Below, piece by piece: positions 1-8,791 of a DNA stretch of 64,000 nucleotides. The notes beneath the pieces are model-generated. The model did no database searches and was not told the origin of the DNA. It saw nothing but the letters and a program-made list of their open reading frames with translations. Origin of the DNA: Chthoniobacteraceae bacterium (GTDB lineage: Bacteria > Verrucomicrobiota > Verrucomicrobiia > Chthoniobacterales > Chthoniobacteraceae); contig JBILKV010000002.1 of assembly GCA_044376515.1 (NCBI GenBank), forward strand, positions 1,209 through 65,208. Reading direction: 5' to 3'. The stretch's first letter is position 1; the number at the start of each line of letters is the position of its first letter. Made by a program: the position numbers and the translations under genes.

Positions 1-183
1 GCAAGAAGGCCCCGCATACGAGGGCGGACAGCGATCCGTTGAGACAAATTGTATTGAGCGTGCGCATGGGGATTTCGTGAGTACAAACACAAGGGGCGCT
101 TCGAGCCACCGGCAGGACACTCGTCCGCCCCCTCAAACACCCGGGCCGTCACCGACCCAACACTCCGAATCGTTCCCGCCCGC

Positions 184-1173
184 TCAAACGGCGGTCTGCG
201 AAACACTGTTTCTTGCAATGTGCGCCGCAGCAATGTCCTCAAGTTCGGCCAAACAACCGATCGAGGAAAAACGCATCCGCAACTCCCTTGCCTCCGCCAT
301 GCCACGGGAATAAGCCATCAAACGCGATCGCATGAACTGCATGGTAATCCCCTCCGCCCCGGATCGAACGGACGCCTCCCTGCAATGGCGCACGATGTGG
401 CCCCACTGCTCTTCCAGCGATGGCTCGGCTAGCAACTCGCCCGTTTCCAGATAGCGCCGCACCGCCCCAAACAGCCAGGGAGCGCTCATTGCAGAACGGC
501 CCAGCATCACTCCGGAGACCCCCGATTCGCTCCTGCGCCGGGCCACGTCCCTCGCGGAGGCCAGATCTCCGTTGCCGATCACGGGGATCCGCACCGCGGC
601 GGCTACCTCGGCGATCACATTCCAGTCGGCCTCCCCACTATAACCCTGCTCCTTGGTGCGCCCGTGAACGGCAAGCGCCTGCACGCCGCAGTCCTCCAAA
701 ATCCGCGCCGTTTCAACCGCATTAATCGAGGCCCTGTCCCAGCCGATCCGGATTTTGGCCGTCACCGGATGGGGCGCGACCGCGCCTACAACCGCCCGGG
801 CGACCCGTTCCAAAAGAGGGCAGTCGCGCAACAGGGCCGAGCCGCCATTTTTGGAAACCACCTTGTTAACAGGACAACCAAAGTTGAGGTCGATGAAGTC
901 GGGCCGCTTCCAGTCCAGCACCATCTGCGCTGCGCGCCCGAGGTGGTCGGGATCCGCCCCGAAGAGTTGGACGCCAAGGGGGCGTTCATGGTCGCCGAAG
1001 TCCAGGTATTCCAGCGTCCTTGCATTGCGCCGAAAAATGCCCTCCGCCGCCACAAACTCCGTCACGACCACGTCGGCCCCGTACTCCTTGCAATAGCCGC
1101 GAAACAACGAGTCGGTAACCCCCGCCATGGGCGCGAGATAAATGGGGAACCGATTCTGAAACCACGACAACAT
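184..1173 (-). CDS. dus: tRNA-dihydrouridine synthase (Dus family)
   Basis: 329-aa ORF. LAPMAGVTD N-terminus, GVQLFG, DLNFGCP and AVHGRT motifs are typical of the FMN TIM-barrel Dus enzymes. Confidence 0.85.
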   Translation of the reverse strand: MLSWFQNRFPIYLAPMAGVTDSLFRGYCKEYGADVVVTEFVAAEGIFRRNARTLEYLDFGDHERPLGVQLFGADPDHLGRAAQMVLDWKRPDFIDLNFGCPVNKVVSKNGGSALLRDCPLLERVARAVVGAVAPHPVTAKIRIGWDRASINAVETARILEDCGVQALAVHGRTKEQGYSGEADWNVIAEVAAAVRIPVIGNGDLASARDVARRRSESGVSGVMLGRSAMSAPWLFGAVRRYLETGELLAEPSLEEQWGHIVRHCREASVRSGAEGITMQFMRSRLMAYSRGMAEARELRMRFSSIGCLAELEDIAAAHIARNSVSQTAV

Positions 1174-1520
1174 GGGAAAAACCTAGCCTTGGGCGCTCCC
1201 CGAAGCAAATCTGCCTCTCACGTGCCGGTTGACCGGATTTTTTGGGAGCTTCCACGCGGCTGCCGCGGCGGGCGCACAGAATGTTCAGAGGAAAAACAGG
1301 CCGAACTTTTTCCAATGCTCCACGGCTACGCGGCTACGCGTGCATCTCCCCTCTCGGGTTCAAGCCACGTGGGGATCTAACAGAGGGCTTTCCGCGAATC
1401 ACTGACGTCTTTTCTGGGCCGTCGAACGCGAGCGATACGGCCGCGCCGTCGCTCTCATTGTGTGGGCGGTCTGGATATTTGGAGGGAACACTGCTACCCC
1501 AGTGCTCTCCGAGCTTTGAA

Positions 1521-2732
1521 ATGACTCCCCTTCTTGCCACCGTGATTGCTCGAATTCAGCGGGAGGGCCCCCTCACTTTCGCCGCGTTCATGGAAATCGC
1601 ATTGTACGATCCGGAGCACGGCTACTACGGTTCCGGGCGTGCGAAAATCGGTTCCGATGGCGATTTTCAGACGGCCGTCAGCGTCGGTCCCTTGTTTGGG
1701 GCCCTGCTGGCGCGGCAGTTCGTCCAAATGTGGGAACGGCAAGGCACCCCCTCGGAGTGGACGCTGGTGGAACAGGGTGCCTTCGACGGACAACTGGCTG
1801 CGGACGTGCTCAGCGGGCTTCAAACTTTTGCACCCGATTGCCTGAAGGCCACCACCCTGCGTCTGGTGGAGCCGCTGCCGAGGCTGCGGGAAAAGCAGTT
1901 GGAAACGCTGCGTTGCTTTGGCGACCGAGTGGCCTGGCATCCGGACATTGAATCCCTGCCCCAGTTCTGCGGGATCCATTACTCCAATGAGTTGTTGGAC
2001 GCATTTCCTGTCCACCGACTCCAGCGCAAGGACAAGGGCTGGCGGGAATGGCGTGTGGACACCGATGGCACGGCGCTGTTCTGGGTGGAAACCCAAATCG
2101 AGGATCCCGCCGTGCACAGAGCGGCGGAACGTTTCGGGCAGCGGGAGGTGGGCACGTTTGCGGAGGTCTGCACGGGATACACCCCCCACCTTCGCGCGGT
2201 GGGATCCAAACTCCAGAGCGGCTGGATGCTCGCCCTTGACTACGGAATGTCCGAAGCCGAACTCGCCCTTCCGATCAGGCGCGACGGCACCCTTTCCTCC
2301 TACCGGAAACAGAGGCGCGTCGCGGATCTCCTCGGCCGTCCCGGCGAGCAGGACCTGACCTCGCACGTTAATTTCTCAGCCCTGGCACTCGAGGCTCAGG
2401 CGCTTGGCTGGACGCTGGAGGGATACACCGAACAATACAGATTTTTCACCGGCCTGGCGCCGCTCCATTTTCGGGACGCCATCGCCCCTTTGACCGCGGA
2501 GGAGCAGCGGCGCCTGCTGTCTTTCCGGACACTCACGCACCCCCAGCTCATGGGCTTCCAGTTCAAGGCATTCTGCCTGCGACAACAGGTCGGAAGGGAG
2601 TCCTTCGACAACGGAGCCGCCGCGGTTGTCGGCGGACCGCTGCTTTCAGGTTTTGGACTGGCAAAAGACTCGGCTGGCATCCTTTTCGGCGAGAGGCCAA
2701 GTTTCACATCAATTCACGCAACGCCCGGCTGA
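1521..2732 (+). CDS. SAM-dependent methyltransferase, MidA/NDUFAF7 (DUF185) family
   Basis: ORF 1242..2732. The homology-like part starts at the internal ATG at 1521 (MTPLLATVIARIQREGPLTFAAFMEIALYDPEHGYYG...GDFQTAVSV). The 93 upstream codons are Arg-rich and look non-coding. Confidence 0.75.
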   Translation: MTPLLATVIARIQREGPLTFAAFMEIALYDPEHGYYGSGRAKIGSDGDFQTAVSVGPLFGALLARQFVQMWERQGTPSEWTLVEQGAFDGQLAADVLSGLQTFAPDCLKATTLRLVEPLPRLREKQLETLRCFGDRVAWHPDIESLPQFCGIHYSNELLDAFPVHRLQRKDKGWREWRVDTDGTALFWVETQIEDPAVHRAAERFGQREVGTFAEVCTGYTPHLRAVGSKLQSGWMLALDYGMSEAELALPIRRDGTLSSYRKQRRVADLLGRPGEQDLTSHVNFSALALEAQALGWTLEGYTEQYRFFTGLAPLHFRDAIAPLTAEEQRRLLSFRTLTHPQLMGFQFKAFCLRQQVGRESFDNGAAAVVGGPLLSGFGLAKDSAGILFGERPSFTSIHATPG

Positions 2733-2824
2733 TGGGAAAGTAAACCTCTGGCAGGCGTTTTCCTTAGTAAAAACAGGGATGTTCCGGATTGCTCTTCCAC
2801 AGCGGGTGCGGCTACGTTGCCAAC

Positions 2825-3793
2825 ATGTTCTCAAGATCTTCTTCCAGCCCCGTTTCCGTGGTCACCGGCGGGGCGGGCTTTCTTGGTTCTCACCTGACGG
2901 ATCGGCTTCTGACTGAGGGCCACCGGGTGATCGGTCTGGACAATTTCATCACCGGAAATCCTGAGAACATCGGGCACTTGGCGGGCAACCAGAACTACCG
3001 GTTTGTGCGGCAGGACGTGTCCAACTTTATCTTTCTCCCCGACGACGTCGATTTCGTCTTCCATCTGGCCTCTCCAGCGAGCCCGATTGACTACCTCGAG
3101 CACCCCATTCCGACCATGAAGGTGGGCGCCTTGGGGACGCACAACGCCCTGGGGCTCGCGAAGGCCAAGGACGCGACTTTTCTCCTCGCCTCCACCAGCG
3201 AGTCGTACGGGGACCCGCTCGTGCATCCCCAGAGGGAGGACTACTGGGGCAACGTCAACCCGATCGGACCCCGCGGCGTCTACGACGAAGCCAAGCGCTT
3301 TGCCGAGGCGCTCACCATGGCCTACCACCGCTTCCACGCGATGGACACCAAGATCATCCGCATCTTCAACACGTACGGCCCGAGGATGCGTCTCCGGGAC
3401 GGTCGCGTGGTGCCGGCCTTCATTGGTCAGGCGCTGACGGGGGAACCGCTCACGGTGTTCGGCGACGGTTCACAGACCCGCTCCTTTTGTTACGTCAGCG
3501 ATCTGGTCGACGGGATGTTCAGACTGGTGATGAGTGACTTTCACGATCCGGTGAACATCGGCAATCCGAGGGAGATGACCATCAAGGAATTCGGGGAGCA
3601 CATCATCCGGATTACCGGGACGCACTCGAGGCTGGAGTACCGCCCCCTTCCGGTTGACGATCCCAAGGTGAGGCAACCCGACATAGGGCGGGCCCGCAGT
3701 ATCCTCGGTTGGGAACCGAAGGTGGACTTTGAGGAAGGGATCCGTCACACTATCGAGTACTTTAGCAGCCGCGTTGGCCGACCGAATCCCTGA
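2825..3793 (+). CDS. uxs: UDP-glucuronate decarboxylase (UDP-xylose synthase), SDR family
   Basis: [10 protein letters not shown] Rossmann motif, catalytic YDEAKR (YxxxK), and [11 protein letters not shown] / [10 protein letters not shown] blocks typical of UXS. Start taken at ATG 2825; an alternative is 2789. Confidence 0.85.
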   Translation: MFSRSSSSPVSVVTGGAGFLGSHLTDRLLTEGHRVIGLDNFITGNPENIGHLAGNQNYRFVRQDVSNFIFLPDDVDFVFHLASPASPIDYLEHPIPTMKVGALGTHNALGLAKAKDATFLLASTSESYGDPLVHPQREDYWGNVNPIGPRGVYDEAKRFAEALTMAYHRFHAMDTKIIRIFNTYGPRMRLRDGRVVPAFIGQALTGEPLTVFGDGSQTRSFCYVSDLVDGMFRLVMSDFHDPVNIGNPREMTIKEFGEHIIRITGTHSRLEYRPLPVDDPKVRQPDIGRARSILGWEPKVDFEEGIRHTIEYFSSRVGRPNP

Positions 3794-3856
3794 TCATCCT
3801 CCCTGTTCATCCCTGATCATAGGTACCAAACCCACTCCCTCACACCCCCAGGAACC

Positions 3857-4483
3857 ATGAAAGTAACGCCCCTTCTCGCTGGCCTTGCCTGTTTGGCGGC
3901 TTGCGTACTGGAAACTCAAGCAGCCAACCGCCCGGTCGACGGCGTTAAGATCAACTTCAACCTAATCGGATCGCCCGAGATCCTCGCGAATGTCAGGGGC
4001 ATGGCGGTGAAAAAGCCGCGCCCCATCATGGCAAACGAACCGGCCCCTGTCTGGTTGGAGGTGGAAACGGAATTTGACTCTTTTCAGGAGTTTCCGGAAC
4101 TTACCTTCAAATACTCCCTGATTCTTACAGGAAAGAACGGGGGGCCACCGAAGCTGTTGGAGGGTGAGGTGGTGCACGTGGATGTGGCACCCGGGCGGGA
4201 GCGGCACTCCGTGATGTACATCGCCCCCAAAACACTCAACCGTCTCTCCGACAACAAGATGTTTGCCATAAACAACATCTACGGCATTTACGTGGAAATC
4301 CTATCGGGGGGCCAGATCATTGCCTTCGGCCAGAAGTCCACGAAGGGTACCTACGAAAACTTCGTCAAAAGCAGGGACGCCCTCACGGACAAGATAACCG
4401 ACGCGTTCCTCACCAAAAGCCAGACCCCGTTTGCTCCCCTGTTCTTCGACTACCATGAGGCGGTCAAGCCTTCGGCACGCTAA
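3857..4483 (+). CDS. exported hypothetical protein, first gene of the PilM/secretin module (positional equivalent of Amuc_1102)
   Basis: 208-aa ORF with a signal peptide (MKVTPLLAGLACLAACVLETQAA). It ends 11 nt upstream of the PilM-like gene on the same strand. No recognisable catalytic motif. Confidence 0.55.
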   Translation: MKVTPLLAGLACLAACVLETQAANRPVDGVKINFNLIGSPEILANVRGMAVKKPRPIMANEPAPVWLEVETEFDSFQEFPELTFKYSLILTGKNGGPPKLLEGEVVHVDVAPGRERHSVMYIAPKTLNRLSDNKMFAINNIYGIYVEILSGGQIIAFGQKSTKGTYENFVKSRDALTDKITDAFLTKSQTPFAPLFFDYHEAVKPSAR

Positions 4484-4494
4484 GTAGAAGCCTC

Positions 4495-6390
4495 ATGTCC
4501 ACCCCGAAGCGGATTCTAACGCTCAGCTCTGGCTCCCAGACTGTTTCGCTGGCTGAGTTCAGGCCGGACGGCAGAGGGTCCATGCAGTTGCACGCCGTCG
4601 AGACACGGGAACTCATTCCGGATCCAGCGGCAGACGCAACCCGCGTGGCGCAATCTGCGCTCGCGTTGGGAGAGATGGTCGAGAGCTTGAAAGCGAAGGG
4701 ACTGCCCCTCCGCCTCACCCTGCCGGCGCAGTCGACCTTCAGCCGGATGGTCAAACTCCACGCAATGAGCGGGGCGGACCTCCAACAGACGATAATGTTC
4801 GAGGCCAAACAGAACATTCCGTATCCGCTCGAGGAGGTGGTCTGGGATCACCGGATCGTCTACGAAACCGAGGAGCACGAACCGGAGGTCCTCATCGCCG
4901 CCGCCAAGACGGACCTGTTGGAGGAATGGACTTCTGCCGTTGCCGGGTCGGGGTTGCAGCCAAACGGCATCGAACTGGCGACCATCGCCCTGTATAACGC
5001 GTTCCGCTTCAACTACGGGGAGCCCGAGGGGTGCACGCTTCTAATCGATCTTGGGGCGCGCACAACCAACTTACTTTTTATCGAGCCGGGCAAGTTTTTC
5101 ATCCGCACCATATCCTCTGGAGGCGGCAGCCTGACCGCCGCCGTATCCAAAGAGTTCGCGGAACCCTTTACGATGGCCGAGGCAAGGAAGCGGTCCACCG
5201 GGTTTATCGGGCAGGGCTCCAACTTCGCCGAACCGGACGACCCGGTTCAGGCGCGTTTGGCGAAAGTGCTGCGGAATGCAGCGACCCGACTCCATGCAGA
5301 GGTCACGCGGTCCATTTCCTTCTACCGTTCACAGCAGGCTGGAGCCGCACCACAGCGGGTGCTGTTGTGCGGCAACAGTGCGCAGACTCCGCTCATGCTG
5401 GAGTTCTGGGAGGAAAAGCTGGGAATTCCCGTGGAGCGTTTCAACCCGTTGCGCTGCGTGAGCGCCGCGAGGCACCTCCACGGCGGGCCCCTCGCGGAGT
5501 CCGCCGCCCACCTGGGCGAACACGTCGGTCTGGCGCTTCAGTCGATGCTTCACTGCCCCGTCTCGGTCAACCTGTTGCCGCCGGCGCTGCGCAGAAAATC
5601 AAGGGTTGGCCAGATCGCTCTTGTCATCGCACTTTCGGCCGCCTGCATCGCAGCGCCGTTGTTGGCGTGGGGATTCCACCTGCGCCATGATTCGGAGTGG
5701 ACTGCAAAGCAAGCGGAGGATCTCAAGCCCAAGATCTTGCGGGTCAACGGGATGGCCGGCCAACTCAAGAAGCTGCAGGAACAAATTGACGAGGTGGTGC
5801 GCCTCACCAAACCACTGGAGCAGGCAGTGTCGGAACGCGGTTATTGGCTGACTCTCCTCAATCAAATCCACGCTTGTCTGCCGGAAGAGTTGGTCTGGAT
5901 TACAAGTTTCGAACTCGAATCGCCCAAGAAAGCTGAATCGGAAGACCCAACTCCGCCGGCGAAGACTTCGGTTCCGGTGGCGGGAGCGGGAGGGAAGTCC
6001 TCGGCGCCCAAACAACCCGCGGCGCGCCTGATGTTGAAGGGCTTTTACATGGAAAATCCGAAGGGAGCCGAAGTGGTGGATGCATTCGGAAAGTCGCTAA
6101 AGTCCCAGAGCGACCTGATCTCCGAGTATTGGGCGGCGCAGGACCGATACAAGGCGCTGGGGTCAGCGCCCACCAGAGAAGCCCGGGAGAAGGCGGCGGA
6201 CGAACTCAAGCAGGCTACGGAAAACCTCAAGAAGGCCGGCCTCCACGATCACCCAGTCGCGTACGCCTTGGCACCGGTGGAGGAGTGGATCAAGACCAAC
6301 AAACCGAATCCCACGGAGTGGGTTCAGGATTTTGCGATTCCTCTGGAACTGGCCGCGCCTCCGGCCAAAGACGCCGTTTTGACGCCATGA
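4495..6390 (+). CDS. pilM: type IV pilus assembly protein PilM (actin-like ATPase fold) fused to a PilN-like transmembrane/coiled-coil region
   Basis: 631 aa. The N-terminal ~360 aa have PilM/FtsA-like blocks (LTLPAQSTFSRMVKL, FEAKQNIPYPLEEVVWD, LLIDLGARTTNL). One TM follows (IALVIALSAACIAAPLLAWGF), then a coiled-coil and a charged tail. Confidence 0.8.
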   Translation: MSTPKRILTLSSGSQTVSLAEFRPDGRGSMQLHAVETRELIPDPAADATRVAQSALALGEMVESLKAKGLPLRLTLPAQSTFSRMVKLHAMSGADLQQTIMFEAKQNIPYPLEEVVWDHRIVYETEEHEPEVLIAAAKTDLLEEWTSAVAGSGLQPNGIELATIALYNAFRFNYGEPEGCTLLIDLGARTTNLLFIEPGKFFIRTISSGGGSLTAAVSKEFAEPFTMAEARKRSTGFIGQGSNFAEPDDPVQARLAKVLRNAATRLHAEVTRSISFYRSQQAGAAPQRVLLCGNSAQTPLMLEFWEEKLGIPVERFNPLRCVSAARHLHGGPLAESAAHLGEHVGLALQSMLHCPVSVNLLPPALRRKSRVGQIALVIALSAACIAAPLLAWGFHLRHDSEWTAKQAEDLKPKILRVNGMAGQLKKLQEQIDEVVRLTKPLEQAVSERGYWLTLLNQIHACLPEELVWITSFELESPKKAESEDPTPPAKTSVPVAGAGGKSSAPKQPAARLMLKGFYMENPKGAEVVDAFGKSLKSQSDLISEYWAAQDRYKALGSAPTREAREKAADELKQATENLKKAGLHDHPVAYALAPVEEWIKTNKPNPTEWVQDFAIPLELAAPPAKDAVLTP

Positions 6391-7403
6391 ATCTCTTCTC
6401 TAAAGAGTACCGCGCGATTCTTGGGGCCTCCCTCTTCGCCCTGCTCGTTGTGGGCGGGAGCGCGGCGTTCGCTTGGACCGCCCTTCAAGAGCGCAATGGT
6501 GCCGTTGAGGAATTGCAAAAGCGCAGCAAGGACTTCGACCGACTGCGGTCGGTGACTCCAGCGCCGACGGAGGAGAGCCGCAAGCAACTTGAACAGCAGG
6601 AAAAGGAAACCAGGGCCAGCGCCAACAGGCTCTTCGCGGCCCTGACTGCCATGAACATCCCGCTTGAGAAAATTCAACCACAGGATTTCCAGACGGCTCT
6701 GAACGGCAAGACCCAGAGCTTCGCCGCCCGGGCCGCCAAAAGCAGGGTAACTATCCCGCGCGGTGTGCGGGAATCCGAACCTTTCTCGATGGACTTCGAC
6801 GAGTTCATCAAAAAGGTTCCCTCCGAAGAGCGGGCGCCAGCGGTCAACCGTCAGTTGTTCGCCGCCGACCGCCTTTTGAACACACTGCTCGACAGCAAAC
6901 CCATAGCGCTTATTGGCTTCAAAATTGAGCGGAAAGAGGAACCCAAAGACCCGGTGAAGGAAGCTAAGGAGGCGAAGGTGGAGGCCAAGTCAGGAAAGCC
7001 CGCTCAGGCGCAACCGCCCGTACGCGTCCTTGGGGCTCTCGGCTTCGAACTAAAATTCACAGCGACTCCTGACAGTCTCCGAGACTTTTTAAACGCAGTG
7101 ACCAAGGACAAAAAAGCGTTCTTTGTAGTGCGGCGCCTGAAGGTCACGACGCTCTCCAGAGAGGGAGTGCCAATGTTGGCGCCCAGCAAAGCCATCGCGG
7201 CGGCCCCTGCCGATCCATCGGCTGCGGGCCAGCCGCAGGCAGCCACAGTTGCGCAGTACATTCTTGGTGACGAACATGTTGAAGTGGAAATGCGCGTGGA
7301 CCTTATGACTTCGCTGCTCGCGGACGCTCCGCTTCCGGACAAGGCGGGCGGCTCTGCGGGGGACAAGACCGGGAAGCCTGCCTCCAAGGAGGGTGCCAAA
7401 TAG
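6387..7403 (+). CDS. bitopic PilO-like / Amuc_1100-family pilus-like protein
   Basis: Start ATG 6387 overlaps the pilM stop (ATGA). N-terminal TM (ILGASLFALLVVGGSAAFAW), a coiled coil, then GFELKFTATPDSLRDFLNAV...FFVVRRLKV. From memory this resembles the Amuc_1100 C-terminal half. The 6129..6386 extension in the ORF track overlaps pilM and was rejected. Confidence 0.6.
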   Translation: MNLFSKEYRAILGASLFALLVVGGSAAFAWTALQERNGAVEELQKRSKDFDRLRSVTPAPTEESRKQLEQQEKETRASANRLFAALTAMNIPLEKIQPQDFQTALNGKTQSFAARAAKSRVTIPRGVRESEPFSMDFDEFIKKVPSEERAPAVNRQLFAADRLLNTLLDSKPIALIGFKIERKEEPKDPVKEAKEAKVEAKSGKPAQAQPPVRVLGALGFELKFTATPDSLRDFLNAVTKDKKAFFVVRRLKVTTLSREGVPMLAPSKAIAAAPADPSAAGQPQAATVAQYILGDEHVEVEMRVDLMTSLLADAPLPDKAGGSAGDKTGKPASKEGAK

Positions 7404-7405
7404 CC

Positions 7406-8791
7406 ATGAGCTTTTTGAAAAACAATACCCACTGGCTTGTGCTCTCCGCGATGGCGGCATCCTCCGTCGCCGGAACCTGCCTGCTCCTGAAGGACCAGAT
7501 GGAACTGCCGGAACGCCACGCCAAACTCCGTCCGCAGGAGATTAGATCGGGTAAACTGCCTGCCCCGGACCTGTCTGCCAATCGAAAGGCGCTGGCCTAT
7601 CTGGATTCCCCGGGCCAGTGGGAAATCACCTACCCGACGGACCTATTTGTCTCCGAACCTTACCTGTTGGAGAACGACGGACCACGGCGTCCCAAGGAGG
7701 GAAGCCTCCACAGGCACAGCACGTTGGAACAGCCCATCCCCAACCAGTGGTTTCTTGACAACAAGCTTCCGCTTCGGACTCCAAACGTGTCGACGGATGA
7801 CACGGATGGCGACGGATTTACCAATGAAGACGAGTGGTGGTGGGGGACCGACCCGAACGAACCTGCACAGTACCCTCCTCTGGTAACCCGGCTCAATTTT
7901 CTGCCCCAAAAGCCCGCGCCCAACCGAATCGAGTTTGTCTCGTACGAGGGCAACCCTGAGAAGCCTGACACCGAACCTCTTCTGAGAATCAACCTGATCT
8001 GGCTCGACGCTCCCGATTTTCGCGTGGGCTGCACGGAGGCCGTACTCGTGGATCCTTCCAAACCCACTCAGCAGGCCTCCTACAAGTTTCGGTTGCGCAG
8101 GGACGACATTCCCGAAAGCGCACCCGTCGATGTGAAACCCTCGGACCTTATCCCGGGAACCAGCCTTAAGCTTATTAGTTGGACCCCCGGCATCGACGGA
8201 AAACCGACGGCAGTGGTTTTGAAAAATCTGGATGGTGACAAAAATCAGACCATTTCCGCGGGCATCGGAGGCCCATCAGTGCAGTTGGCTAGAGACCAGC
8301 GGCAAAAAAAATTCCGTCTCAGGGTGGGCGAGTTGATCCCCGGCACACAGATCAAACTACTGCGGTTCGAACCGCGGCGGGAAAAGATTGAGGGCGTGAA
8401 TGCCACAAAGGACAAATCGGTCATCTACCTCAGGGAAGAAAAAAGTGACTCCGCCCGGGAGCTTCCCGCCGTTTACAATGGCGACCGCGGCGAAAACGTG
8501 GCGAACTTTGCAGATCAGAAAATCATCTTCAAACAGGAGCCTCCCCAGCCTCGAGAGGCTTTCGTGTTGAAGCTAGCCGATCCCATCCAACTGGGTGACG
8601 GCAGTACCCTGAAGATCGAATCTCTTGGGGCTGACAGCGCGGTGCTTGTAATGTCCAGCGGTCCGAACAGTGGCAAAAAATGGCTGGTATCGGAGACACG
8701 CAGCCGCTTGCTGGACGCCGATGGCAGAGAACTCAACTCGCGGCCTGAGCCGCCGCACTGGACTCCCGCGCCCCCCCCCCCCGCGAAATGA
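7406..8791 (+). CDS. bitopic pilus-system protein with a TSP3-like Ca-binding motif and three PilP-like repeats (positional equivalent of Amuc_1099)
   Basis: 461 aa. N-terminal TM (WLVLSAMAASSVAGTCLLL), DDTDGDGFTNEDEWWWGTDPNEP motif, and three repeats of type FRLRxxELIPGTxxKLxxxxP. Starts 2 nt after the previous gene; its stop overlaps the secretin start. Confidence 0.55.
   Translation: MSFLKNNTHWLVLSAMAASSVAGTCLLLKDQMELPERHAKLRPQEIRSGKLPAPDLSANRKALAYLDSPGQWEITYPTDLFVSEPYLLENDGPRRPKEGSLHRHSTLEQPIPNQWFLDNKLPLRTPNVSTDDTDGDGFTNEDEWWWGTDPNEPAQYPPLVTRLNFLPQKPAPNRIEFVSYEGNPEKPDTEPLLRINLIWLDAPDFRVGCTEAVLVDPSKPTQQASYKFRLRRDDIPESAPVDVKPSDLIPGTSLKLISWTPGIDGKPTAVVLKNLDGDKNQTISAGIGGPSVQLARDQRQKKFRLRVGELIPGTQIKLLRFEPRREKIEGVNATKDKSVIYLREEKSDSARELPAVYNGDRGENVANFADQKIIFKQEPPQPREAFVLKLADPIQLGDGSTLKIESLGADSAVLVMSSGPNSGKKWLVSETRSRLLDADGRELNSRPEPPHWTPAPPPPAK
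8771..8782 (+). repeat. C12 homopolymer tract (encodes PPPP) 6 nt before the stop of 7406..8791 and 5 nt before the secretin ATG
   Basis: Read directly: gcg cccccccccccc gcg aaATGa. It is the longest mononucleotide run I noticed in the window. Confidence 0.9.

Noticed and set aside
1290-1337. Weak A/U hairpin GGAAAAA...TTTTTCC and tandem GGCTACGC x2 in the 347-bp dus/midA divergent region
   Set aside because: The stem is too weak and the repeat too short to support an RNA or repeat-element call.
6129-6386. Upstream extension of the Amuc_1100-like ORF
   Set aside because: It overlaps the pilM/N 3' end out of frame and translates to Gly/Arg-rich junk. ATG 6387 gives an ATGA overlap and an N-terminal TM helix.
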